From Flavobacteriales bacterium (GTDB lineage: Bacteria; Bacteroidota; Bacteroidia; NS11-12g; UBA955), in contig CANHCW010000002.1 of assembly GCA_947459165.1 (NCBI GenBank), forward strand, positions 1 to 43,729: a stretch of DNA of 43,729 nt, in the 5' to 3' direction. The notes under the pieces are model-generated. The model had not been told where the DNA came from, made no database searches, and worked only from the letters and a program-made list of their open reading frames with translations. Shown here piece by piece: positions 17,238 through 28,388 of the stretch (the first letter of the stretch is position 1; every line of letters starts with the position of its first letter). A program made the position numbers and the translations under genes.

Positions 17238-20200
17238 TTGAGCACAGTACAAAACAACAGGATATCGTTCGGCAAGGTTAAACATGCCATCGATTACCCC
17301 GATTTTCTCGATGTACAATTGAAGTCCTTTCAGGAGTTTTTCCAACTCGATACTCCCGCCGACAAGCGTGAGGGAGAAGGTCTGTTCATGGTATTTCGCG
17401 AAAATTTCCCCATCACAGATACACGCAATATTTTCGTTCTGGAGTTTCTGGATTACTTCGTGGATCCTCCAAGATACACAATTCAAGAATGTATAGAAAG
17501 AGGGCTGACCTATGCAGTGCCTCTGAAAGCAAAGTTAAAACTAAGCTGCAACGATCCGGAACATGAAGATTTTAAAACCATTGTTCAGGATGTATATCTG
17601 GGAACCATACCCTACATGACCCCAAATGGTACCTTTATCATTAATGGCGCTGAAAGGGTTATTGTTAGCCAGCTTCACAGATCTCCCGGAGTATTCTTCG
17701 GACAAAGTATACACTCGAACGGAACCAAACTCTACTCAGCAAGGGTAATCCCCTTCAAGGGTTCATGGATTGAATTTGCTACCGATGTGAATGCGGTGAT
17801 GTACGCATACATCGATCGTAAAAAGAAATTCCCGGTAACTACCCTGCTCCGTGCCATTGGTTTCGAAAGCGATAAAGATATTCTTGATATTTTCGGACTC
17901 AGTGAAGAAGTGAAAGTAAGCAAAGCGGGTCTGAAGAAAGTGATTGGCCGCAAACTCGCTGCCAGGGTTCTTCGCACCTGGATTGAGGATTTTGTAGATG
18001 AAGATACCGGTGAAGTGGTATCAATCGAAAGAAATGAAGTGATTCTGGAAAGGGATACAATCCTTACAGATGATCACATTGATGTAATTGTGGATGCAGG
18101 TGTTAAAACCATCATTCTCAATACTGAAAATACCGGAGATATCGATTTCGATATTATTTACAATACCCTGCAGAAAGATACTTCCAACAATGGTAAGGAA
18201 GCCCTTGAGGTAATTTACCGTCAGTTGAGAAACGCTGATCCACCCGATGAGGAAACTGCCCGTGGTATTATTGAAAGATTGTTCTTTTCAGACAAGAGAT
18301 ATGATCTGGGTGATGTAGGACGATACAGAATTAATAAAAAGCTGGGACTTGATACTGCAATGGATGTGAAGGTTCTGACCAAGGCCGATATCATCAGCAT
18401 CATCAAATTCCTTATTCACCTTTACAATGGGCAGGAAGCACTGGATGATATCGATCACCTTAGCAATCGCCGCGTTAGAACCGTAGGTGAACAGTTGTAT
18501 GCTCAGTTCGGTGTAGGACTTGCCCGTATGGCTAGAACCATTCGCGAAAAAATGAATATTCGCGATAATGAAGTATTTACACCTCAGGATCTGGTGAATG
18601 CCAGAACTTTGAGCAGTGTGATTAACTCGTTTTTTGGAACCAACCAGCTTTCTCAATTCCTCGATCAAATCAATCCTCTGGCTGAAATCACTCACAAGCG
18701 CCGTCTTTCGGCCCTTGGTCCGGGTGGTTTAAGTCGTGAAAGAGCCGGTTTTGAAGTAAGGGATGTACACTACACGCACTACGGTCGTCTGTGTACCATT
18801 GAAACTCCTGAAGGTCCCAACATCGGTTTGATTTCATCACTTTGCGTTCATGCTAAAATCAATAGCATGGGCTTTATCGAAACGCCATACAGAAAAGTAG
18901 AGGACGGTAAAATTGAGGAAGGAATTACTTACCTCAGTGCAGAAGAGGAAGATGGAAAAACCATTGCCCAGGCGAATGCCGAGGTAGATGCAAAAGGCAA
19001 CTTCAAAACAGCTTTGGTTAAAAGCCGCAAGGAAGGTGACTTCCCGCTGGTAGATCCGGGGAAACTGGATTACATGGATGTAGCCCCTAACCAAATTGTT
19101 TCCATTGCCGCTTCGCTGATTCCCTTCCTTGAGCATGACGATGCCAACCGTGCCCTGATGGGTTCGAACATGCAGCGTCAGGCTGTTCCTTTGATCAAAC
19201 CTGAGGCTCCGATTGTAGGAACAGGGCTTGAAGAAAAAGTAGCCCGCGACAGTCGTTCTCTGATTAATGCAGAGGGCAACGGAGTTGTTGAATATGTGGA
19301 TGCAAGGGAAATTAAAATTCGCTACGAGCACAACGACGACGATGATCTGGTAAGTTTTACCGGCAATTCAAAAAGTTATGCTCTGACCAAATTCCGTCGT
19401 ACTAACCAAAACTCATGCATCAACCTGCACCCAATTGTAAAAAGAGGTGACCGCGTTGTAAAAGGACAAGTGATTTGCGAAGGATACGCTACTCAGCAAG
19501 GCGAACTGGCTTTGGGTAGAAACCTGAAAGTTGCTTTCATGCCCTGGCAGGGTTACAACTTTGAAGATGCGATTGTGATATCTGAAAAAGTTGTAAAAGA
19601 CGACTGGTACACCACTGTTTACATCTCAGAATTCGAACTTGAAGTTCGCGATACCAAAAGAGGGGAAGAAGAATTGACTAACGACATTCCTAATGTTAGC
19701 GATGAAATGACCCGCAACCTGGATGAGCATGGTTTGATCCGAGTTGGTGCTGAAGTGAAAGAAGGGGATATCCTCATAGGAAAAATAACTCCTAAGGGTG
19801 AAACCGAGCCTTCGCCTGAAGAAAAACTGCTTCGAGCCATCTTTGGAGACAAAGCGGGTGATGTGAAGGATGCTTCTTTGAAAGCGCCTCCCGGCACCGA
19901 AGGAGTGGTTATTGATAAAAAGTTGTTCAGCAAGAGCAAAAAAGACAAAACTGTAAGGGCCAGCGATAAAGGTCGTTTGCAGAAACTTGAAGATGATCAC
20001 CGCAAAGAACTCGCTGAACTGAAGGATGAACTGGTGAAGAAGTTGTTCCAACTGGTAAACGGCAAAACAAGTCAGGGTGTTTACAACATGTACAGTGAAG
20101 AGCTCATTTCCAAGGGTACCAAATTTACCCAAAAGAACCTGATGAGTATCGATTACAGCAATGTAAACTATCACAACTGGACAGCCGACGAGACCAAAAA

Positions 20201-21041
20201 TGAACTCATCGTTCGTGCGTTGACCAACTTCATCAATGTCTACAACGACAGGGTAACCAACTTCAAGCGCGAACATTATGCAATCAGCGTAGGCGATGAA
20301 TTGCCTACAGGTATTTTGCAGATGGCAAAGGTTTATGTTGCCAACAAACGAAAGTTGAAAGTGGGTGATAAAATGGCCGGCCGTCACGGAAACAAGGGTA
20401 TTGTTGCCAGAATTGTTCGTGAAGAAGACATGCCTTTCCTCGATGACGGAACCCCTGTTGACATCGTTCTTAACCCTCTGGGTGTACCTTCAAGGATGAA
20501 CCTGGGTCAGATTTATGAAACCGTACTTGGCTGGGCCGGAAAAGAGTTGGGTGTTAAATTTGCTACCCCCATTTTCGATGGTGCTACCAATGCGGAAATT
20601 TCAGAATGGACTCAAAAGGCAGGCATTCCTCAAAATGGCCTTGTTTATCTGAATGACGGTTTAACAGGTGTAAAATTCGATCAGCCTACAACGGTTGGTA
20701 TCATATACATGCTGAAACTGGGTCACATGGTTGACGATAAGATGCACGCCCGTTCAATCGGACCGTACAGCCTCATTACCCAGCAGCCGTTGGGTGGTAA
20801 AGCACAATTCGGTGGTCAGCGTTTCGGTGAAATGGAAGTGTGGGCGCTTGAGGCATTCGGTGCTTCAAACATTCTGCGCGAAATCCTTACAGTGAAATCA
20901 GATGACATCACAGGTCGTGCCAAGGCATACGAAGCCATTGTTAAAGGTGAAAACCTCACTAATATCGGAACACCAGAATCTTTCAATGTACTTGTACACG
21001 AATTGAGAGGTCTGGGTCTGGAAGTTTCATTCATAGAATAA
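17238..21041 (+). CDS. rpoB: DNA-directed RNA polymerase subunit beta
   Basis: 1267 aa with unambiguous RpoB motifs throughout (e.g. [29 protein letters not shown]). The start is TTG at 17238. A TAA lies immediately upstream in frame and there is no upstream ATG. Confidence 0.99.
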   Translation: MSTVQNNRISFGKVKHAIDYPDFLDVQLKSFQEFFQLDTPADKREGEGLFMVFRENFPITDTRNIFVLEFLDYFVDPPRYTIQECIERGLTYAVPLKAKLKLSCNDPEHEDFKTIVQDVYLGTIPYMTPNGTFIINGAERVIVSQLHRSPGVFFGQSIHSNGTKLYSARVIPFKGSWIEFATDVNAVMYAYIDRKKKFPVTTLLRAIGFESDKDILDIFGLSEEVKVSKAGLKKVIGRKLAARVLRTWIEDFVDEDTGEVVSIERNEVILERDTILTDDHIDVIVDAGVKTIILNTENTGDIDFDIIYNTLQKDTSNNGKEALEVIYRQLRNADPPDEETARGIIERLFFSDKRYDLGDVGRYRINKKLGLDTAMDVKVLTKADIISIIKFLIHLYNGQEALDDIDHLSNRRVRTVGEQLYAQFGVGLARMARTIREKMNIRDNEVFTPQDLVNARTLSSVINSFFGTNQLSQFLDQINPLAEITHKRRLSALGPGGLSRERAGFEVRDVHYTHYGRLCTIETPEGPNIGLISSLCVHAKINSMGFIETPYRKVEDGKIEEGITYLSAEEEDGKTIAQANAEVDAKGNFKTALVKSRKEGDFPLVDPGKLDYMDVAPNQIVSIAASLIPFLEHDDANRALMGSNMQRQAVPLIKPEAPIVGTGLEEKVARDSRSLINAEGNGVVEYVDAREIKIRYEHNDDDDLVSFTGNSKSYALTKFRRTNQNSCINLHPIVKRGDRVVKGQVICEGYATQQGELALGRNLKVAFMPWQGYNFEDAIVISEKVVKDDWYTTVYISEFELEVRDTKRGEEELTNDIPNVSDEMTRNLDEHGLIRVGAEVKEGDILIGKITPKGETEPSPEEKLLRAIFGDKAGDVKDASLKAPPGTEGVVIDKKLFSKSKKDKTVRASDKGRLQKLEDDHRKELAELKDELVKKLFQLVNGKTSQGVYNMYSEELISKGTKFTQKNLMSIDYSNVNYHNWTADETKNELIVRALTNFINVYNDRVTNFKREHYAISVGDELPTGILQMAKVYVANKRKLKVGDKMAGRHGNKGIVARIVREEDMPFLDDGTPVDIVLNPLGVPSRMNLGQIYETVLGWAGKELGVKFATPIFDGATNAEISEWTQKAGIPQNGLVYLNDGLTGVKFDQPTTVGIIYMLKLGHMVDDKMHARSIGPYSLITQQPLGGKAQFGGQRFGEMEVWALEAFGASNILREILTVKSDDITGRAKAYEAIVKGENLTNIGTPESFNVLVHELRGLGLEVSFIE

Positions 21042-21057
21042 TTGCTCGAAGCGAATT

Positions 21058-24000
21058 ATGCAACTACAAAAGAAAACCCAAAAAATCGGAAGCAATTTCA
21101 GTAAGATTCGCATCTCACTGGCTTCACCTGAAATCATATTGCGCAGAAGCTTTGGTGAAGTAACCAAGCCTGAAACCATCAACTATCGCAGTTACAAGCC
21201 CGAAATGGGTGGATTGTTCTGTGAAAGAATTTTCGGACCAATCAAAGACTACGAATGTCATTGTGGCAAGTACAAAAGAATCCGCTACAAAGGAATCGTT
21301 TGTGACCGTTGCGGAGTTGAGGTAACCGAGAAGAAAGTGCGCAGAGAACGCATGGGCCACATTCAACTGGTGGTTCCTGTAGCTCACATCTGGTATTTCA
21401 GATCTCTTCCCAATAAAATTGGTTATTTGCTGGGACTGCCCACCAAAAAGCTGGATATGGTCATCTACTACGAAAGGTATGTGGTTGTTCAGCCCGGTGC
21501 TGCAGGCAATGTAAGTAAACTCGATTTATTGACAGAAGAGGAATACCTCGACATTCTCGATTCATTGCCCAAGGAGAATCAAATGCTTGAGGACAATGAT
21601 CCGAACAAGTTCGTGGCCAAAATGGGAGCTGAAGCGCTGAATGAATTGCTCGTTCGTCTTGAACTGGACAAGCTGAGCTATGCACTCCGAAATCAGGCCG
21701 CTACCGAAACAAGCCAACAGCGTAAGCAAGAGGCTTTGAAGCGTCTGAAGGTGATTGAGAGTTTCCGCAGTGCACAGCGCACCGGAGAAAATCGTCCTGA
21801 GTGGATGATTATGAAAATGCTCCCTGTAATTCCACCTGAACTGCGCCCACTCGTGCCTTTGGAAGGAGGCCGCTTTGCCACATCTGACTTGAATGACCTT
21901 TACAGGCGTGTGATTATCAGAAACAATCGTCTTAAGAGATTGATCGAAATCAAGGCTCCCGAGGTGATTCTGAGAAACGAAAAGCGAATGCTGCAGGAAG
22001 CAGTTGATTCTCTGCTGGACAATACGCGTCGTGCCTCGGCTGTGAAAAGCGAAGGCAACAGACCTCTGAAATCACTGAGTGATATGCTCAAAGGTAAACA
22101 GGGTCGTTTCCGTCAGAATCTGCTGGGTAAAAGGGTAGACTATTCAGGTCGTTCGGTAATTGTGGTAGGTCCTACCCTTAAACTGAATGAATGTGGCCTG
22201 CCAAAAAATATGGCGGCAGAATTATTCAAGCCGTTTATCATTCGCAAACTGATTGAAAGAGGTATTGTTAAAACTGTAAAAACAGCCAAGAAAATAGTTG
22301 AAAAGAAAGATCCTGTAATTTGGGATATTCTTGAAAATATTCTGAAGGGCCATCCTGTTCTGCTTAACCGTGCTCCAACACTTCACAGACTTGGTATACA
22401 GGCCTTCCAGCCCAAGCTGGTTGAAGGTAAGGCTATTCAGCTGCATCCTTTGGTTTGTACAGGCTTTAACGCTGACTTTGACGGTGACCAGATGGCGGTG
22501 CATGTTCCATTGGGGAATGCAGCGGTTGCAGAAGCTCAGCTTTTGATGCTCGCTTCACACAACATTCTGAACCCTGCAAACGGATCTCCCATTACGGTTC
22601 CTTCTCAGGATATGATTTTGGGGCTGTACTACATAACCAAAGATCGTGTGGGAACCCCTGAAAAGCCCGTAAAAGGTGAAGGCCTTACATTCTACGGAAC
22701 AGAAGAAGCCGTTATTGCTTACAATGAAAAGCGCGTTGACCTACACGCAAAAGTGAAGTGCAGGGTTCGCGTAAAAGAAGGAGATGAATATCTTTATAAA
22801 ATCATTGATACCTCTATGGGTCGCATCCTGTTTAACCAGGTTGTGCCTGAAGAATACGGTTACATCAATGAACTGTTGAAGAAGAAAAACCTTCGTGACA
22901 TCATTTCAGGCATGATCAGGGCGGCAGGTGTGGCTAAAACAGCCAACTTCCTTGATGCCATTAAATACCTTGGATTCCAGTATGCATTCCGCGGTGGACT
23001 TAGCTTTAACATGAGTTATGTGAAAATCCCTGACGAAAAAGATCAGCTGGTTGCCAAAGCTTACGAAGAAGTGCAGGAAATTCAGGGCAATGCCGACATG
23101 GGTTTCATTACCAACAACGAACGCTACAACCAGGTAATTGACCTTTGGACAAGGGTGAACAATCATCTTGCGCGCATTTTGATTAAAGAATTGAGCAGCG
23201 ATGATCAGGGTTTCAACCCGATTTATATGATGCTCGATTCCGGTGCCCGTGGTTCAAACGAACAGATTCGTCAGCTTGGCGGAATGCGTGGTTTGATGGC
23301 AAAACCTCAAAAGAGCACAGGTGGTGGAACCGGTGATACCATCGAAAACCCGATTATTTCAAACTTCAAAGAAGGTTTGAATGTATTGGAATACTTCATT
23401 TCTACTCACGGTGCCCGTAAAGGTCTTGCAGATACAGCATTGAAAACGGCTGATGCAGGTTACCTGACCCGTCGATTGCACGATGTTGCTCAGGATGTTG
23501 TTATTACTGATGCAGATTGCGGAACCCTTCGTGGTATCGCGATGTCCGCCATTATCAATAACGACGAAGTAGCTGAGAGTTTGAACGAAAGAATTCTCGG
23601 TCGTTGTTTGGTTGATGATATTTACAATCCATCAACCGGTGAACTGATGGCCAGTGCAGGCGAAGAAGTAACCGAGAAACTGGCAGCAGCAATAGATGAA
23701 GCCGGAATTGAAGAAGTTGAGATTCGCAGCGTATTGACTTGCGAAACCCGCAGCGGTGTTTGTGCCAAGTGCTATGGCAGAAACCTGGCAACAGGCAGAA
23801 TGGTGCAGACAGGTGAAGCAGTAGGTGTAATTGCAGCTCAGTCAATCGGGGAACCCGGAACCCAGCTTACACTTCGTACATTCCACACGGGTGGTGCGGC
23901 AATGAACATTGCGGCTGAAAATACACTCGAAACCAAATATGAAGGTGTGGTAAGCTTCGATAGCATGCGCACGGTGAAAAAAGAGGTTATGGACGAAGAA

Positions 24001-25362
24001 ACCGGTGTGATGAAAAAAACTGACATCGTACTCGGCAGAAGCGGAGAAATCAGAATCCTCGATCCCCGCAGCAACAATGTTATCACAAGCTACAATGTAC
24101 CTTATGGCGCACAGCTTATGGTGAAGGAGGGTGCTACCCTTAAAAAAGGAGATAAACTTTGTACCTGGGATCCATTTAATACGCTGATTATTGCTGATAT
24201 CGATGGAACTGTTGAATACGAAAACATCATTGAAGGCGTTAACATGCGCGAAGAAGGTGATGAGCAAACAGGTCTCAGCGAATTGGTAATTACCGAAAGC
24301 AAGGATAAAACCAAAGTTCCTGTAATCGTGGTAAGAGGCAAAGGTGATTTGGTGAAGCATTTCAACATGCCAACCGGTTCAATTCTTGTTGCCAAAGCCG
24401 GTTCAGGGGTTAAAGCAGGTGATATCCTGGCTAAAATTCCTCGCAGTGCAACCCGTACCCGAGACATTACAGGTGGTCTGCCCCGCGTAACAGAATTGTT
24501 TGAAGCAAGAAATCCTTCAAACCCTGCTGTGGTTAGTGAAATTGATGGTGTGGTTGCTTACGGTGTGAGCAAACGCGGTAACCAGGAAATTATTGTAACC
24601 AGCAAGGACAATGAAGAAAAGCGTTATCAGGTTTCACTTTCAAAACACATTCTCGTTCACGACGGTGATTATGTTCGTGCCGGTCAGCCACTTAGTGATG
24701 GAGCCATCACTCCGCAGGACATTCTTCGCATCGAAGGACCCGGAGCCGTTCAGCGATATGTGTTGAATGGAATTCAGGAAGTTTACCGCCTGCAGGGTGT
24801 AAAAATTAACGACAAGCACATTGAAACCATCGTTAGGCAAATGATGCAGAAGATGGAAATCAATGATCCGGGCGATACCCGCTTCCTTGAAGGCGAACTT
24901 GTTGATCGCTGGGATTTGCAGTCTGAAAATGATTGGATCTGGGACAAAAAAGTGGTTACCGATTCCGGTGACAGCACAGAAATGCACGCCGGACAAATTG
25001 TTAGTCTGAAGGATTTGCGTCAGGAAAACAGTGGTTTGCGCAGACAAGACAAGAAACTGGTTGAATTCCGGGATGCCATCTCAGCTACAGCCCAGCCAAT
25101 GCTTATGGGTATCACTAAGTCTTCTTTAGGTACTCAAAGCTTCATGAGTGCGGCCTCGTTCCAGGAAACAACCAAGGTTCTGAACGAAGCGGCCATCGCA
25201 GGTAAAATCGACGAACTCAAAGGCTTGAAAGAAAATGTAATTGTAGGTCACCTGATTCCTGCCGGTACAGGCTTGCGTCAGTGGGACAATGTAATTACAG
25301 GTTCAAGAGAAGAGTACGATCGTCTGATGGCTTCAAAAATGGAAGCAGTTTCAGAAGCCTGA
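21058..25362 (+). CDS. rpoC: DNA-directed RNA polymerase subunit beta'
   Basis: 1434 aa with the zinc-finger [20 protein letters not shown] and the catalytic [12 protein letters not shown]. Confidence 0.99.
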   Translation: MQLQKKTQKIGSNFSKIRISLASPEIILRRSFGEVTKPETINYRSYKPEMGGLFCERIFGPIKDYECHCGKYKRIRYKGIVCDRCGVEVTEKKVRRERMGHIQLVVPVAHIWYFRSLPNKIGYLLGLPTKKLDMVIYYERYVVVQPGAAGNVSKLDLLTEEEYLDILDSLPKENQMLEDNDPNKFVAKMGAEALNELLVRLELDKLSYALRNQAATETSQQRKQEALKRLKVIESFRSAQRTGENRPEWMIMKMLPVIPPELRPLVPLEGGRFATSDLNDLYRRVIIRNNRLKRLIEIKAPEVILRNEKRMLQEAVDSLLDNTRRASAVKSEGNRPLKSLSDMLKGKQGRFRQNLLGKRVDYSGRSVIVVGPTLKLNECGLPKNMAAELFKPFIIRKLIERGIVKTVKTAKKIVEKKDPVIWDILENILKGHPVLLNRAPTLHRLGIQAFQPKLVEGKAIQLHPLVCTGFNADFDGDQMAVHVPLGNAAVAEAQLLMLASHNILNPANGSPITVPSQDMILGLYYITKDRVGTPEKPVKGEGLTFYGTEEAVIAYNEKRVDLHAKVKCRVRVKEGDEYLYKIIDTSMGRILFNQVVPEEYGYINELLKKKNLRDIISGMIRAAGVAKTANFLDAIKYLGFQYAFRGGLSFNMSYVKIPDEKDQLVAKAYEEVQEIQGNADMGFITNNERYNQVIDLWTRVNNHLARILIKELSSDDQGFNPIYMMLDSGARGSNEQIRQLGGMRGLMAKPQKSTGGGTGDTIENPIISNFKEGLNVLEYFISTHGARKGLADTALKTADAGYLTRRLHDVAQDVVITDADCGTLRGIAMSAIINNDEVAESLNERILGRCLVDDIYNPSTGELMASAGEEVTEKLAAAIDEAGIEEVEIRSVLTCETRSGVCAKCYGRNLATGRMVQTGEAVGVIAAQSIGEPGTQLTLRTFHTGGAAMNIAAENTLETKYEGVVSFDSMRTVKKEVMDEETGVMKKTDIVLGRSGEIRILDPRSNNVITSYNVPYGAQLMVKEGATLKKGDKLCTWDPFNTLIIADIDGTVEYENIIEGVNMREEGDEQTGLSELVITESKDKTKVPVIVVRGKGDLVKHFNMPTGSILVAKAGSGVKAGDILAKIPRSATRTRDITGGLPRVTELFEARNPSNPAVVSEIDGVVAYGVSKRGNQEIIVTSKDNEEKRYQVSLSKHILVHDGDYVRAGQPLSDGAITPQDILRIEGPGAVQRYVLNGIQEVYRLQGVKINDKHIETIVRQMMQKMEINDPGDTRFLEGELVDRWDLQSENDWIWDKKVVTDSGDSTEMHAGQIVSLKDLRQENSGLRRQDKKLVEFRDAISATAQPMLMGITKSSLGTQSFMSAASFQETTKVLNEAAIAGKIDELKGLKENVIVGHLIPAGTGLRQWDNVITGSREEYDRLMASKMEAVSEA

Positions 25363-25381
25363 ACCAATAATTTGTAAAATG

Positions 25382-25410
25382 AAAAGCCCGTCATATTGGC
25401 GGGCTTTTTT
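25382..25410. terminator. Bidirectional rho-independent terminator between rpoC and the convergent ABC exporter gene
   Basis: Stem aaaagcccg...cgggctttt, flanked by an A-run on the left and a T-run on the right, so it can serve either strand. Confidence 0.75.
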
Positions 25411-25421
25411 ATTATAAGAAG

Positions 25422-27188
25422 TCAGCTCAAAAACTGCTCTTGACCCAATTCAAGCTGGGTTGTATAGAGCATTGCATATTTACCGCTGAGTTGCATTAAT
25501 TCTGAATGCGTTCCTTCTTCCACAATTCTGCCTTTTTCCAGATAGAGTATTCGGTCAGCATTTTTAATGGTGCTCAAGCGATGCGCGATAACCAGTGAAG
25601 TTCTGCCTTTCAGCATTTTTTGTATGGCAAGCTGAATCAGGTTTTCGGTTTCACTGTCAATGCTGCTTGTGGCTTCATCTAGAATAATAATTGATGGATT
25701 GAATGTAATGGCCCTGATGAATGAAATCAATTGTCTTTGTCCCAAACTTAGGCTCATCCCCCTTTCCATTACATTGAAACCAAACCCACCATGAAGTTTC
25801 TTGATAAAGTCATAGGCCCCGATGCTCTCTGCAGCTTTAATTATTGCCTGTTCGGAAATTTCTCTGTTAAATAATCGAATGTTGTCTTCAATGCTACCGC
25901 TGAATAGAAATACATCCTGCATTACCACAGCAATTTTTTGCCGCAATAATTCAAGATTATAATCTTCAATTGGAACAGAATCAATCAATATTTGACCATT
26001 CTGATGGGTATAAAGGCGACTCAGCAATCCGACCAATGAAGTTTTTCCGCTGCCTGTAGGTCCCACAATGGCCAAAGTTTCTCCCGGATTTACAACAAAT
26101 GAAACCTTGTTGAGAATCTTGCTTCCCTCGATGTAAGAGAATTCAACATTTTTAAATTCAATTAGGCCCTTTATTTCTGACGGATTTTTTGTGCCGCTTT
26201 TTTCAATGTTCTTGTCTTCATCAATCAATGCGAAAATTCTCTCCGCCGCAACCATTCCCATTTGTATGTTGTTGAATCTGTCGGCAATGGCTCGAACGGG
26301 ACGAAAAAACAGGTTGATAAACATCACAAAAGCAGTCAGTTCGCCCAATTGAATTTCTTTGTTCAGTAGTCCGGAAGTTCCATACCACACAATCAGCGCA
26401 AGGGTGGTGGCAACAATAAGTTCAACAACAGGGAAAAAGAAAGCATAGTAGAATATTCCGCGAATATTGGCGTCCCGGTGTTTTCGGTTTATTGCGCTAA
26501 ATTTCTCGAATTCGGCTTTTTGCCGGTTGAACAACTGCACTATTTGCATACCGGTAATGTGTTCCTGTAAAAATGCGTTGAGTCGTGAAACCTCGTTGCG
26601 AACTTCCTGAAAACTTTGCCTTACTCCTTTTCGAAAATAATTGGCAGCCCAGATTAAAAACGGGAGCACACTGAGGCTAATGAGGGTGAGTTTCCAGTTC
26701 ATCCACAGCATACATACTAGTATGACGATTATCTGAAAAGCATCGCCAATAATGGTGATTAGGCCTGAGGAGAATAATTCGGTAATGGTTTCAATGTCGC
26801 TGATGGTTCTGGTAACGGCAGTACCTACCGGTGTCTTGTCATAAAAGCTTTGTTGCAATGAAATGAGGTGGCGGTAAACATACTCCCTCAACCGATAAAT
26901 TACATTTTGCCCAATTGCTTCTGCCAAATAACTGTTTAAAAAACCCAGACAACTTTGAATAAGCAGAGCCGACAGAATAATCAGGCACCACCTGCCAAGT
27001 GTGTTTACATCCGCTGTCATGATGGCGTTATCTATCGTTTGCTGATAAAGCCAGGGTTGAATGGCGGCAATGAAGCCCTGAACTATGGTAAGAAAAATGG
27101 CAGTATAGAAAGTGAATCTTTCAGGCATGGCCAGTTGCATGATGCGGGAAAGAAGGCCTGTGTTGAAAGACTTGAAACGGCTTAGCAT
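25422..27188 (-). CDS. ABC exporter, fused permease/ATPase (MsbA/MdlB-like)
   Basis: Six-helix TMD followed by an NBD with Walker A GPTGSGKTS, signature LSLGQRQ and Walker B IIILDEATS. The track start at 27212 is a TTG that overlaps the -7 box. The ATG at 27188 (MLSRFKSF) lies 21 nt downstream of that box. Confidence 0.9.
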   Translation of the reverse strand: MLSRFKSFNTGLLSRIMQLAMPERFTFYTAIFLTIVQGFIAAIQPWLYQQTIDNAIMTADVNTLGRWCLIILSALLIQSCLGFLNSYLAEAIGQNVIYRLREYVYRHLISLQQSFYDKTPVGTAVTRTISDIETITELFSSGLITIIGDAFQIIVILVCMLWMNWKLTLISLSVLPFLIWAANYFRKGVRQSFQEVRNEVSRLNAFLQEHITGMQIVQLFNRQKAEFEKFSAINRKHRDANIRGIFYYAFFFPVVELIVATTLALIVWYGTSGLLNKEIQLGELTAFVMFINLFFRPVRAIADRFNNIQMGMVAAERIFALIDEDKNIEKSGTKNPSEIKGLIEFKNVEFSYIEGSKILNKVSFVVNPGETLAIVGPTGSGKTSLVGLLSRLYTHQNGQILIDSVPIEDYNLELLRQKIAVVMQDVFLFSGSIEDNIRLFNREISEQAIIKAAESIGAYDFIKKLHGGFGFNVMERGMSLSLGQRQLISFIRAITFNPSIIILDEATSSIDSETENLIQLAIQKMLKGRTSLVIAHRLSTIKNADRILYLEKGRIVEEGTHSELMQLSGKYAMLYTTQLELGQEQFLS

Positions 27189-27209
27189 TTTATGTATTGA
27201 AAGCGTTTG

Positions 27210-27217
27210 CAAAAATA
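27210..27217 (-). promoter_or_regulatory. -7 promoter box (TATTTTTG on minus strand) for the ABC exporter
   Basis: Exact TAnnTTTG match, 21 nt upstream of the ATG at 27188. Confidence 0.45.
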
Positions 27218-27305
27218 ACTCAGCAGTGACCTCCGCAGTTTTTGTGTAAAACTTTATTTCGGCTCAAACTTGCTTAGCCTTTTTACACCTTACTAATATT
27301 GCAGT

Positions 27306-27923
27306 ATGGCTATGCACATCGCAATTGCGGGCAATATTGGCGCAGGAAAAACAACACTTACGAACATTCTTGCCCGGCATTACGGTTGGGAGATGCAACT
27401 GGAGGACATGGATGAAAACCCCTACATCTCTGATTTTTACGAGGATATGCAGCGATGGAGCTTCAATCTTCAGGTGTATTTTTTGAATACCCGCTGGAAG
27501 CATGTTCAGGATATAAGAAGTGGCGAGAAAACCGTGATTCAGGATCGTACGATATACGAAGATGCACACATTTTTGCCCCCAATCTTCATGCAATGGGTT
27601 TGATGAGTACCCGTGATTTTGAAAACTACACATCTCTTTACGAGAACATCAGCAGGCAAATTCAGCCCCCTGATTTACTCATTTATTTGCGAGCCGGAAT
27701 CCCAAAACTTGTTCATCAGATTCAAATGCGCGGCAGAGATTATGAAGATGCCATCAGGCTGGATTATTTGAAAAGACTGAACGAACGATACGAAGCTTGG
27801 ATAAGCGAATACAAGGGCCGCCTTCTAATTTTTAATGTGGACGAAATAGACTTTTCTGAAAATCCGGAGCACGCCTCTCAAATCATTCAACAGGTTGAAA
27901 GTACACTGAACGGCCTTTTCTAA
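27306..27923 (+). CDS. Deoxynucleoside kinase (dAK/dGK family)
   Basis: 205 aa with P-loop GNIGAGKTT and family motifs ENPYISDFYEDMQRWSFNLQVYFL and DRTIYED. A near-consensus TAATATTG box ends 4 nt before the ATG. Confidence 0.88.
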   Translation: MAMHIAIAGNIGAGKTTLTNILARHYGWEMQLEDMDENPYISDFYEDMQRWSFNLQVYFLNTRWKHVQDIRSGEKTVIQDRTIYEDAHIFAPNLHAMGLMSTRDFENYTSLYENISRQIQPPDLLIYLRAGIPKLVHQIQMRGRDYEDAIRLDYLKRLNERYEAWISEYKGRLLIFNVDEIDFSENPEHASQIIQQVESTLNGLF

Positions 27924-28345
27924 TGAGGCTGAACACTGAAACTTATTCCACCCGTCTTTCTGTTAGGCCTGATGACATTGATATGTTCAGGCATGTACAC
28001 AGCAGTCGCTACATTGACTATGTTTTGACTGCGCGATTCGATCAAATGACACGATGCTACAAGTGCAGTATGCAGGAATTTCTGGATGCCGGTTTGGGTT
28101 GGGTTATGATTTCAACAGAGTTGAATTACAAAAGACCCCTGAAACTGGGTGATGAAATGATTGTTGAAACCCACATTGAATCGCTTGAAAAAGAAATTGC
28201 AATGGTGAAATTTGACATAAAAAATGCGGGTACCGGAAAGAGCTCCTGCAGTGGTTGGGTGAAATATGCTTTGGTGGCAATTGATACAGGAAAAACAGTT
28301 CCATTGCCTGAATGGGTTTTGCGTAGATTTTCTCTGCCGGATTGA
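27923..28345 (+). CDS. Acyl-CoA thioesterase, hotdog fold (4HBT/YbgC-like)
   Basis: 140 aa. The N-terminal RPDDIDMFRHVHSSRYIDY pattern is typical of 4HBT-type thioesterases. It overlaps the kinase stop by 1 nt (TAATG). Confidence 0.7.
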   Translation: MRLNTETYSTRLSVRPDDIDMFRHVHSSRYIDYVLTARFDQMTRCYKCSMQEFLDAGLGWVMISTELNYKRPLKLGDEMIVETHIESLEKEIAMVKFDIKNAGTGKSSCSGWVKYALVAIDTGKTVPLPEWVLRRFSLPD

Positions 28346-28388
28346 ATTCGAACAGCGCTTCTGATATCAACTTCGTAAATTCGCACAA

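Noticed and set aside
17732-25047. Many long antisense or out-of-frame ORFs inside rpoB and rpoC, for example 19626..20387 (253 aa), 18837..19331 (164 aa), 23842..24360 (172 aa), 24640..25047 (135 aa) and 24102..24467 (121 aa).
   Set aside because: They lie entirely within two unambiguous, motif-rich essential genes. Their translations are low-complexity or compositionally odd and match no family I recognise. No promoter boxes precede them. Long antisense ORFs are a usual by-product of codon bias in highly expressed genes.
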